Below are positions 1 to 7,706 of a DNA stretch of 64,000 nucleotides, one piece after another. Origin of the DNA: Armatimonadota bacterium (lineage in GTDB: Bacteria > Armatimonadota > Fimbriimonadia > Fimbriimonadales > GBS-DC); NCBI GenBank assembly GCA_030550775.1, contig JAUQOS010000001.1, positions 19,259-83,258 on the forward strand, read 5' to 3'. The position numbers and the translations under genes are program-made. Under the pieces are notes generated by a model. It did no database searches, was not told the origin of the DNA, and saw only the letters and a program-made list of their open reading frames with translations. Position 1 is the first letter of the stretch, and every line of letters starts with the position of its first letter.

Positions 1-518
1 CTGAGCGCGCTTTGGATTTCGGTGTCAAACGCGCGCCATGTTTCTGGACGCCCAAACCGCAGCACGGTTTGCGAGCGGTCAGGGTCGTACAGGTCTAAAA
101 TCTGTGCCTGCGTGATGGCATCGGTGCTCCCGAGGCTGGTGGGATGGTCGGGGTTGCCTTCCAATTTGATGGGGCGTCCTTCGTACACACGCGCCAGCAC
201 GCCGATGCCATAGCCGTTGCTGAGCACGGCGGTGGCGTAGTAGTTGGAGACGCCCACGATGCGATCTTCGGGCGTTTTGGGGCGCGAGATGATGGGTCCT
301 TGCGGCTTGTAGCCGCACGCCGACAGCCCCGCCAGCGCCATCGACGCGCCCATGAGCTTGAGGAACTGCCGGCGGCTCACAAAGTCGCCCAGCGGCGCCG
401 CCTGACGCGGAAATTCCTGCTTGAGGATTTCCTCAAACTCAGGGTTGCCCTCTAGCTCATTCAGGCTGCGCCAAAACTGCTCGCCGATGCCTTGCTGCTG
501 TTCGCGTTTGGTTTCCAT
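1..518 (-). CDS. actB: Alternative complex III ActB-like molybdopterin/4Fe-4S subunit, N-terminal part (gene continues past the left edge)
   Basis: Absent from the ORF track because the frame stays open to the window edge. My translation of the minus strand from ATG 518-516 gives METKREQQQGIGEQFWRSLNELEGNPEFEEILKQEFPRQAAPLGDFVSRRQFLKLMGASMALAGLSACGYKPQ. This contains the twin-arginine Tat motif SRRQFLK. The 9-nt gap after the pentahaem gene stop is the SD GGAGGAGCG. The N-terminal pattern matches what I recall for Tat-exported MoCo/4Fe-4S ActB proteins. Confidence 0.7.
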   Translation of the reverse strand, partial: METKREQQQGIGEQFWRSLNELEGNPEFEEILKQEFPRQAAPLGDFVSRRQFLKLMGASMALAGLSACGYKPQGPIISRPKTPEDRIVGVSNYYATAVLSNGYGIGVLARVYEGRPIKLEGNPDHPTSLGSTDAITQAQILDLYDPDRSQTVLRFGRPETWRAFDTEIQSAL

Positions 519-527
519 CGCTCCTCC

Positions 528-1262
528 TCACCGATGGCAAATCGAGCAGTCGCTCAGTTGCTCCTTATGAATGTTGTAGTGCTTTACCAACAGCTTGCCC
601 AGCTCCAGCTGGTTGCGCGGGATGTTGTTGGGGTCATAGGGGATGCCGTATTTATCCAACATCGCCTTCATCTCCTCTTGGGTGCGTGGCGTCTGGTAGT
701 ACATGTTGAACACTTCCTCTTTCGGGCGGATATACTTCTCAGGGTTGCGATGGCACTCTAGACACCACTGCATCGAAAAAGCTTGCGACTTGTGGGTCAG
801 GTGCATTTTCTCAATGCCCTGATGGCAATTGGCACAGCTGATGCCCTTGTTTACATGCGCGCTGTGGTCAAAGTAAACGAACTCAGGCAGGTTGTTGACC
901 TTGTACCACACCAGCGGTTTGTCGTTGTTATAGCTATCGCGCACAGGCTCCAGCAAGGGGCTATTCGTCCAGATTTGGGAGTGGCAGGTCATACACACTT
1001 GAGTGGAAGGTACACCTGCGTGCGCTGATTGAGTTACAGACCAATGGCAATAGCGACAGTCAATGCCTAGTTCCTCATAGTGGTGCTTATGGCTGAAGGG
1101 CACAGGCTGGTCGGGGGGTTCGCCGACCTTTGTCCACCACGCCGAGCGGGTAATTGCCGAGCCGCCTAACGCTAGCCCCACAATCGCAAGCAATCCGCCA
1201 ACCACTAAGGAACGCGCTATCGTGTTATGATGCCGCTTAAAGACCTGCGCCATAGTGTTCAC
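528..1262 (-). CDS. actA: Pentahaem cytochrome c, ActA-like subunit of alternative complex III
   Basis: 244 aa with an N-terminal TM helix (SLVVGGLLAIVGLALGG) and five CxxCH motifs (CRYCH, CMTCH, CANCH, CLECH, CSICH). It lies directly upstream of the ActB-like gene, giving the actA-actB order. Confidence 0.75.
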   Translation of the reverse strand: MNTMAQVFKRHHNTIARSLVVGGLLAIVGLALGGSAITRSAWWTKVGEPPDQPVPFSHKHHYEELGIDCRYCHWSVTQSAHAGVPSTQVCMTCHSQIWTNSPLLEPVRDSYNNDKPLVWYKVNNLPEFVYFDHSAHVNKGISCANCHQGIEKMHLTHKSQAFSMQWCLECHRNPEKYIRPKEEVFNMYYQTPRTQEEMKAMLDKYGIPYDPNNIPRNQLELGKLLVKHYNIHKEQLSDCSICHR

Positions 1263-1554
1263 CTCGCCTGCTTAGCGTGGGGGTTCGCGACAGGCACAAC
1301 AATTCCTGCCTGTGCTCCGCTTGTGATGAAAAGCACAATCTTAGCCACGCTAAGCGTTTTTTCCATAAAAAATCACTGGGAGGGCCTTGCGTAGACGAAC
1401 AGCGTTGTTGCCTGCCTCGCCTACGCAAAACCTCCACTACGGGATATATTACCTCATGTCGGCGCGGATTGTCAAGAGGCTTAGGGGCAGTTTGTGAAGC
1501 GTTTCACGGAGTTGAAGGGCAAGCGTTCCATATCAGTTGCGAACTTATGAGATA

Positions 1555-1632
1555 CCTCGCCCTCGGCTCGAGATGACGCGCACACCTTCGCACAAGAAAA
1601 GCTCTGTCATTCCAACCAGAGCAAGGAACCTC
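1555..1632. repeat. Family-B short palindromic intergenic repeat (degenerate copy)
   Basis: Arms cctcgccctcggctcgagatgac ... gtcattccaaccagagcaaggaacctc. These resemble the arms at 32631-32712, 41731-41813 with 42119-42140, 50300-50398 and 57843-57870. Confidence 0.5.
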
Positions 1633-1676
1633 ACCCATTTGCTCTCGATACGAAGTCACTTGGGTTTAACGCATTC

Positions 1677-1881
1677 CTGACAAGGATCCATCGTTTGGGT
1701 TCCCGGCGCGCTTTGCGTGCGGATTTTCCATTTCTGCCCCCTCCGCAAGGTTCCCCTCGTGAAAGGGGAACTGAACTCTGAACGGTTTCCCCTACCGTGT
1801 AGAGAGAACCTCAAGGAGGGGGTTTTGGGAAAATCAGGCAACTGCTTTGGCAGTTGAGGCTGCCTCCTATACCTTTGCCAG
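1677..1881. mobile_element. Family-A MITE-like multi-hairpin element, copy 1 (degenerate ends)
   Basis: Ends are ctgacaagga ... cctttgccag. The interior tctgccccctccgcaaGGTTCCCCtcgtgaaaGGGGAAC...ggtttcccctac..gtagagagaacc...ggcagttgaggc aligns by eye along its length with 56741-56941, and partly with 41813-42118. Confidence 0.6.
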
Positions 1882-1962
1882 TTGACATATTCCTCCAAAA
1901 GCATAAGCGTATAAAGTCATCCGCAAAACAATAGGCATCTCATACTGTAACCCAGACCACCC

Positions 1963-1992
1963 TTGACAACCACTCCCATTTTGGAGTATAAT
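1963..1992 (+). promoter_or_regulatory. Sigma-70-type promoter of the Fur-family/ATPase operon
   Basis: TTGACA (1963-1968), an 18-nt spacer, then TATAAT (1987-1992). The palindrome GAAAActaTTTTC (2001-2013) lies between the -10 box and SD GGAGGGAG, followed by ATG 2029. Confidence 0.55.
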
Positions 1993-2028
1993 TCGCCACA
2001 GAAAACTATTTTCCGCCGGAGGGAGCGC

Positions 2029-2466
2029 ATGAACCGACTAACAGAAGGACTTAAAGCCGCAGGGCTGCGCCTCACACCGCAGCGCGTCGCCATCTGCAAA
2101 ATCTTGGAGGAAAGCAAAGACCATCCCACCGCCCTCATGATTTACCATCAACTGCTGCCGCAGTTTCCAACACTGAGCCTCGCTACTGTGTATAAGACCC
2201 TCAATGTGCTAAAGTCAATGGGGTTGGTACACGCGCTTGGTGACGCAGGCGACGGCGCGGAGCACTTTGATGCTGACCTAACCCCTCACATCAATCTCGT
2301 TTGCACCAAGTGCCACCGCGTGGTGGATTTCGATGAAGCACGCATCCAAGAGATTCAACGCGCGGTGGAGCAGCGCTCAGGCTATGTCATCCAGGGGGCG
2401 CGGATTGTGTACTACGGGCTATGCCCCCAGTGTCGTGCTAACGGTTCGCTGAAGGAGAGCGCGTGA
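2029..2466 (+). CDS. Fur-family metal-responsive transcriptional regulator (Fur/PerR/Zur type not resolved)
   Basis: Winged-helix region LTPQRVAICKILEESKDHPTALMIYHQL...LATVYKTLNVL and two CxxC pairs (CTKCHRV, CPQC). The ORF-track start at 1963 (TTG) lies inside the -35 box. ATG 2029 follows SD GGAGGGAG. The stop overlaps the ATPase start (GTGATG). Confidence 0.85.
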   Translation: MNRLTEGLKAAGLRLTPQRVAICKILEESKDHPTALMIYHQLLPQFPTLSLATVYKTLNVLKSMGLVHALGDAGDGAEHFDADLTPHINLVCTKCHRVVDFDEARIQEIQRAVEQRSGYVIQGARIVYYGLCPQCRANGSLKESA

Positions 2467-4769
2467 TGGGCATCGTGCGGAGCATTCAGAGGCGATTGGC
2501 GGAAGCCGATTCGTGCGCCGACGAGATGGCGAAAGTCGCTCGCGCCTACGCGGGCATTTGGCGCATCCGTTATGAGTATCGCAACAACCTCGTGGAGGTA
2601 GAGTACGATCCGCGCCTGATGAGCACGGAGGAGGCACAACGCGCCGCAGAGCCTCTGCTTCGCGAGTTAGGGATTCGTATTCCTACCTGTCACTTGCGCG
2701 ACCCTAGCGAGGGCTTGTGCGCCGCCTGCCCTAGCATCCAGCAGCGTGGCAAACGCTGGCAACTGGACGGCGTGGTCTACCGCGCCAGCTTCGACGGCAA
2801 CGCGCTGGTGCTGGAGCAAGAACACGCCCCCACCGAGCCGACCCATCGGCTGCTGCGCCGCGTGAAAGCGATTGAGCGCCCCACCCCACTGTGGCAAAGT
2901 CGCGCCTTCTGGGAGCCTGTGTTGTCCGTGCTGACTCTGTTGATGCTCATCGTGGGCGGGCTGCTGCGCTGGCAAGAGCAAATCGGGCTGGCAAACCTCG
3001 CCTATGCTGTCGCCTACCTAGCGGGGGGCTACTTCGGCGTGATTGACGGCTATCAGACCCTGCGCGAACGACGCCTTGATGTGAACTTCCTGATGATAAC
3101 AGCCGCCATCGGCGCGGCGATTGTCGGCGAAGCCCCCGAAGGAGCGACGCTGCTGTTTCTGTTCTCACTTTCCAACACCCTACAAAACTACGCATTGGCG
3201 CGTAGCCGTCGCGCTGTGCGCGCCCTGATGGCGCTCCAACCCGATACCGCCCTGCGCATCACCCCCGCAGGCACCGAAACCGTGCCCGTAGAAGAACTCC
3301 AAGTGGGCGACCGCGTGCTTACCCGCCCTGGCGACCGCATCCCCACCGATGGCGTCGTGCTAAGCGGTGAGTCGCATGTGGATCAATCTCCCATCACGGG
3401 TGAAAGCATCCCCGTGCATAAAGCCCCCGGCGATGTGGTGTATGCAGGCACCATCAATGGCAACGGCACCTTGGAGATCGAAGTGCGCGCGCCCGCCACT
3501 GAAACCCTGCTGCACCGCATCTTGCAGTTGGTCGAGCAAGCCCAAGAGCAGAAGGCACGCACCCAACGCTGGCTGGAGCAGTTTGAACAGCGCTATGCTT
3601 TAGCGGTTATCGGGGGCGCGGCGTTGGTGGCAATTGGGCTGCCTGCGCTTGGCTGGAGCTTCAGCGACGCCTTCTACCGCGCGATGACCCTGTTGGTAGT
3701 TGCCTCGCCCTGTGCGCTGGTCATCAGCACCCCTGCAACCTTGCTTTCTGCCATCGCCAACGGGGCACGACGCGGCATTCTGTTCAAGGGCGGCGAACCG
3801 CTGGAACGATTGGCAGCCGTGCGGGCAATCGCCATCGACAAAACAGGCACTCTCACCGAAGGCAAACTGGTGTTCACGGAAATGGTGACGTTACCAAACG
3901 CCTCAGAAGCCGAAGCGTGGCAGGTGATTGCCGATCTGGAATCGCGTTCCGAGCACCCGTTGGCGCAGGCGTTGTTGCAAGCGGCTGAAGCCCACGGCTA
4001 TCAGCCCCGCCCTGTGGCACGCGTGGAAGCCGTGCCCGGCAAAGGCATCACCGCCACACTCCACGATGGCACTGAAGCGCGTATCGGCAACCCGCGCCTG
4101 TTTGAGGATATTGGGGTGCCTGAGGAAGTTCAGCAAATCGTGCAACGCCTTCGCGAGGCAGGCAACACCGCGATGATTGTGTGGGCAGACGGGCGATTTT
4201 TGGCGGTAGCTGCGGCAGCTGATAAGGTGCGCGCCGAAGCTGCCGAGGCAATCACGCAATTGCACCAGCTGGGCATCCCCTGCGTGGCGATGCTCACAGG
4301 CGATGCGGAGCCGATCGCCCGCGCCGTTGCTCAGCAAACGGGCATTGACCGCGTCTACGCAGACCTGCTGCCCCACGAAAAGCTGGATGCCTTGCGCCAG
4401 CTAAACGCTGAATGGGGTGCCACCGCGATGGTGGGCGATGGTGTGAACGACGCCCCTGCCCTTGCCGCCGCCGAAGTGGGCATCGCGATGGGTGCAGGTA
4501 CCGATGTTGCCCTAGAAACCGCTGACGTCGCCCTCGTGGGCAACGACCTCACAAACCTCCCCTACGCCGTTGCCCTCAGCCGACGCGCGATGCAAGTGCT
4601 CAAGCAAAATCTGATTTTCGCCACAGCCGTTATCGCGGTACTGGTGGTGCTCACTTTCGCCGCCAACTTGCGCCTGCCGCTGGGCGTGGTGGGGCACGAA
4701 GGTAGCACGCTGATCGTGGTGGCAAACGGGCTGCGGTTGCTCTGGTTCCGCCCCCGCCAGCAACGGTAA
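2463..4769 (+). CDS. Heavy-metal P-type ATPase, P1B-4-like (Co/Zn/Fe2+ efflux type)
   Basis: 768 aa with TGES, DKTGTLT and GDGVNDAPAL motifs. It has the TM motif SPC (VASPCALV) and a C-terminal HEGST; SPC plus HEGxT is the P1B-4 signature as I recall it. The N-terminal ~150 aa has Cys motifs (CHLRDPSEGLCAAC) but no GMxCxxC. Confidence 0.85.
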   Translation: MMGIVRSIQRRLAEADSCADEMAKVARAYAGIWRIRYEYRNNLVEVEYDPRLMSTEEAQRAAEPLLRELGIRIPTCHLRDPSEGLCAACPSIQQRGKRWQLDGVVYRASFDGNALVLEQEHAPTEPTHRLLRRVKAIERPTPLWQSRAFWEPVLSVLTLLMLIVGGLLRWQEQIGLANLAYAVAYLAGGYFGVIDGYQTLRERRLDVNFLMITAAIGAAIVGEAPEGATLLFLFSLSNTLQNYALARSRRAVRALMALQPDTALRITPAGTETVPVEELQVGDRVLTRPGDRIPTDGVVLSGESHVDQSPITGESIPVHKAPGDVVYAGTINGNGTLEIEVRAPATETLLHRILQLVEQAQEQKARTQRWLEQFEQRYALAVIGGAALVAIGLPALGWSFSDAFYRAMTLLVVASPCALVISTPATLLSAIANGARRGILFKGGEPLERLAAVRAIAIDKTGTLTEGKLVFTEMVTLPNASEAEAWQVIADLESRSEHPLAQALLQAAEAHGYQPRPVARVEAVPGKGITATLHDGTEARIGNPRLFEDIGVPEEVQQIVQRLREAGNTAMIVWADGRFLAVAAAADKVRAEAAEAITQLHQLGIPCVAMLTGDAEPIARAVAQQTGIDRVYADLLPHEKLDALRQLNAEWGATAMVGDGVNDAPALAAAEVGIAMGAGTDVALETADVALVGNDLTNLPYAVALSRRAMQVLKQNLIFATAVIAVLVVLTFAANLRLPLGVVGHEGSTLIVVANGLRLLWFRPRQQR

Positions 4770-4837
4770 AATCAACTCACAGCGCAACATGGCTTTTTAG
4801 CGCAGCCATTCTAGCTGCGGGGCGTGTGTACGCCTGA

Positions 4838-5266
4838 TCAGCGTGCCAACACACGCGCTGCGCCCAAAAACCCTATCACCAGCAGCCCCAAAATGCCCAC
4901 CATCACGATCCACCCCAACCAGCGGCTCCACCGCGTCTCTGCGCGACGCTCCAACGGCACTGCCTCATGGCGCATGCGCGTATCTTTGCCAAACAGAAAC
5001 ACAAAGTAAAATCGTGTCCACAAAAACGGGATCACGCCGCGCACATCCAGTAGGTGGCGGCGATGATACTGGTACAATGACTGTTTGAGTCGCTGATACT
5101 GCTCAGGCGTAAGCGACTGCAACAAATCAGGCGGTAGCGCGCGCAGCAAGTGCAAAATATATACATCTTGTGGCTGCTCGGCGGGCTGCTCCCCCTCAAA
5201 CGCCTCTCGGACAATCCACAAAGGCGGTTTCTCCTCTGGCTCAGGTTGACGCGCTGGATACGCCAT
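4838..5266 (-). CDS. Hypothetical protein with C-terminal TM helix
   Basis: ORF 4838-5317. I prefer ATG 5266 (MAYPARQ...) because GATAAT (complement of 5274-5279) lies 7 nt upstream. C-terminal TM helix WLGWIVMVGILGLLVIGFLGA. No recognisable domain. Confidence 0.5.
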   Translation of the reverse strand: MAYPARQPEPEEKPPLWIVREAFEGEQPAEQPQDVYILHLLRALPPDLLQSLTPEQYQRLKQSLYQYHRRHLLDVRGVIPFLWTRFYFVFLFGKDTRMRHEAVPLERRAETRWSRWLGWIVMVGILGLLVIGFLGAARVLAR

Positions 5267-5309
5267 ACCGCCAATTATCGGCACAGACTGGCTCAGGTAT
5301 AATCCCTGC

Positions 5310-5735
5310 GTGCGCACGGCGGTAGAGACGGTGGAGCGTTGCTTGCAACTGATGGAGCGCTACCAGCTCCAAACGCTGGAGATTAGCGTGGGCGAGACGC
5401 ATCTGAGGATTGAACGCGCTGAGCTTGCGTCTGCGCCACAGGTCGCGCTTGTCGCACCGCCTGCGGAATCCACACCCTCCGAAGCCCCTGATTGGATTCC
5501 GATTGAGGCGCCGATGACAGGCATGTTCTATCGCGGACCCTCACCCAACGAGCCGCCTTATGTTGAAGAAGGCGACCTCATTTACGAAGGGCAAACTATC
5601 GGGCTGATTGAAGCGATGAAGGTGTTCAACGAAATTCCTTCGCCTGCTACCGGCGTGGTGCGACGGATCGTCGCGCAGAACGCTACTTTAGTGCAGCAAG
5701 GCGAGGTGCTGATGCTGCTGGAGCCACCCGAATGA
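5310..5735 (+). CDS. accB: Biotin carboxyl carrier protein-like (biotinyl domain)
   Basis: 141 aa with the biotinylation motif IEAMKVFNEI (EAMK) and a Pro/Ala linker. GGTATAAT (5296-5303) lies 6 nt upstream of GTG 5310. The stop overlaps the hom start (ATGA at 5732-5735). Confidence 0.75.
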   Translation: MRTAVETVERCLQLMERYQLQTLEISVGETHLRIERAELASAPQVALVAPPAESTPSEAPDWIPIEAPMTGMFYRGPSPNEPPYVEEGDLIYEGQTIGLIEAMKVFNEIPSPATGVVRRIVAQNATLVQQGEVLMLLEPPE

Positions 5736-7012
5736 GCAAAACCCTTCGCTTGGCAATACTGGGCGCGGGCACGGTGGGCGGCGGCGTGCTGACCCTGCTT
5801 CGCGAAAACGCCGACCTCCTGTACGCCCAAACAGGCAAGCAGTTTGTGGTGCGCCATGTAGTTGTGCGCGATCTTAGCAAGCCCCGCGCGGTTTCCATTG
5901 CCCCGCAGGTGCTGACCACCGACGCGCAACGCGCCATTAGCGACCCCCGCGTGGACGTGGTGCTGGAGCTAATGGGCGGCTTGGAACCCGCGCGCACGCT
6001 TATCCGTGAGGCATTGCTGCACGGCAAGCATGTGATTACCGCCAATAAGCTGGTAATAGCTGTGGCAGGCGACGAACTCATCCGCTTGGCGCAAAAGCAG
6101 CGCGTGCGCCTCCTTTACGAGGCGAGTGTGGCAGGCAGCTTGCCGATTCTCACCGCGTTGCAGGGCGCGTTGGGGGGCAACCGCATTACGCGCATCGTGG
6201 GCATCGTCAACAGCACTACCAACTTCATTCTGCGTGAGATGGAGCACGCCGTTGAGGCAGGCGAACCCGCCGAAGACGCCTACGCCAATGCCCTACGCAA
6301 AGCGCAAGAACTCGGCTACGCCGAAGCCGACCCCACCAGCGATGTGGAGGGCTACGACGCCCAGTACAAAACCGCAATCTTAGCGCGGCTGGCGTTCCTT
6401 CAGTATGTGCCTGTGGAAAGCGTCTACCGCGAGGGCATCACCCATCTCAGCGGGCGCGATCTTCTCTGGGCAACCCGCCTGCAGATGGGGCTGAAACTTT
6501 TGAGCATTACCGAACGACTACCCGACGGTAGGCTGTGTGCTCGTGTGCATCCCACGCTGCTCCCGCGCGAGCATCCCCTGTATGCCGTGCGTGGGGCGTT
6601 TAGCGGTATCTGGCTGCAGGGCAACGGCTTCCAAGAGATGCTCTTTCACGGTTTTGGAGCAGGTGCTCGCGCCACCGCCAGCGCGGTCGTCGGCGATCTA
6701 ATAGAAGTCGCCCGCCATCCACGCCCACTCAGGTTCGAGGACCCCTCTCTCCGCGCGGGCGAAACCGCCCCGCTCGAAACGCTGTCTATGCGCTACTACC
6801 TGCGCCTCACCGCGTCCGACGAGACAGCGTTGCGCCTCGTGCGTGAAACACTACACGCGCTTGGCGCCGAGCTACACCCTGCTGAATCCCTCGCGAATGG
6901 TATCGAACAAGTGGCACTTACCCCCATGCTCAACGAGGGCGAGTTCCAAGCTCGCCTTACCGCTTTGCGCCAGCAAACAGGCGTGCAGATTCAAGTCATT
7001 CGAGTGCTGTAG
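5732..7012 (+). CDS. hom: Homoserine dehydrogenase
   Basis: 426 aa with an NAD-binding N-terminus LAILGAGTVGGGV, ITANK, a catalytic region (YEASVAGSLPI, TNFIL, AEADPTSDVEGYDA) and a C-terminal ACT-like domain. Confidence 0.9.
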   Translation: MSKTLRLAILGAGTVGGGVLTLLRENADLLYAQTGKQFVVRHVVVRDLSKPRAVSIAPQVLTTDAQRAISDPRVDVVLELMGGLEPARTLIREALLHGKHVITANKLVIAVAGDELIRLAQKQRVRLLYEASVAGSLPILTALQGALGGNRITRIVGIVNSTTNFILREMEHAVEAGEPAEDAYANALRKAQELGYAEADPTSDVEGYDAQYKTAILARLAFLQYVPVESVYREGITHLSGRDLLWATRLQMGLKLLSITERLPDGRLCARVHPTLLPREHPLYAVRGAFSGIWLQGNGFQEMLFHGFGAGARATASAVVGDLIEVARHPRPLRFEDPSLRAGETAPLETLSMRYYLRLTASDETALRLVRETLHALGAELHPAESLANGIEQVALTPMLNEGEFQARLTALRQQTGVQIQVIRVL

Positions 7013-7017
7013 CCACG

Positions 7018-7706
7018 ATGGTAGGTATAATTCGCTTCGTGCAGGGCAACTACTCTTCTCTGCTCGTGCGGTACCGTTCACTTCGTGCAGAGGGGCATGC
7101 ACCCCGCGAGGCGTGGCAGCAAATCAAGCAAGCATTCCTTGCAGAAAGTACCGCGACAAACCCTGAACAAGCCTGGAAAAATGCCAGTGGGCGGGCATTT
7201 GAGCAAGTCAGTGCAGAGGAATTCGCCAAACAGCTCGAAGAACTCAAAATCTATCAGTGCAAGCCTGGAGTGATATTAAGGAACAGCTTGTCAAACGCAT
7301 CCTTAGCGAAACCTTGTGGTTGCGAGGCGAACTGCAGGAACCTTACATTGCCGAATCACGAGTGGATTTTGTGGCTTTCGAGCAAAGTGAAGGGCGCCCT
7401 ATTCGCGTGATTGCAGTTTATAGTTGCAAGGCTTCGCTTCGTGAGCGGTTCCAGCAAGATCTGTACTGGGCGGAAAAGTTTCGCTCCCGAGGCATTCGCT
7501 TTTGCTTTATTACTCTCGACAACGATGGGGTATTACTTCAAGCCGCTACACAAGGCACGCTGAGCAGCAAGCAAGCCAAAATGGCGCTCGCCCTCTACGA
7601 CAAGGTTTACTTGCTTACGGAAGAACCTATCCGGTATCATCAGCGCATTTTACGCCCCATCGACTCGCTGGGGGAGGACCTGCACCGATGGCAGCAAGCA
7701 GATTAG
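7018..7706 (+). pseudogene. Type II restriction endonuclease, PD-(D/E)xK (S-x-K variant), split by a 1-nt frameshift
   Basis: Two overlapping ORFs, 7018-7410 (frame 1) and 7257-7706 (frame 3). Frame 1 reads sensibly up to ...GRAFEQVSAEEFAKQLEELKI and then turns Cys-rich and implausible. Frame 3 is open from 7203 and reads sensibly from ...AWSDIKEQLVKRILSE. The second part carries VDFVAF...AVYSCKASLRER...AEKF (D, S-C-K, RER, E). The gene ends 19 nt inside the methylase gene. Confidence 0.6.
7025..7041 (+). repeat. Left copy of the 17-bp direct repeat bracketing the R-M cassette
   Basis: GTATAATTCGCTTCGTG here against GTATAATACGCTTCGTG at 9016-9032 (16/17 identical, 1991 bp apart). It contains a -10 box, a 7-nt spacer and GTG. 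Confidence 0.8.

Noticed and set aside
4770-4837. Possible terminator hairpin ATGGCT-ttttagcgc-AGCCAT after the ATPase gene
   Set aside because: It has only a 6-bp stem with a 9-nt loop and no U-tract, which is too weak to call.
7240-7262. Programmed -1 ribosomal frameshift in the endonuclease gene at CTCAAAATC
   Set aside because: There is no canonical X-XXY-YYZ slippery heptamer and no obvious downstream pseudoknot. A simple 1-nt deletion (pseudogene) or an assembly error is more parsimonious, though neither is excluded.
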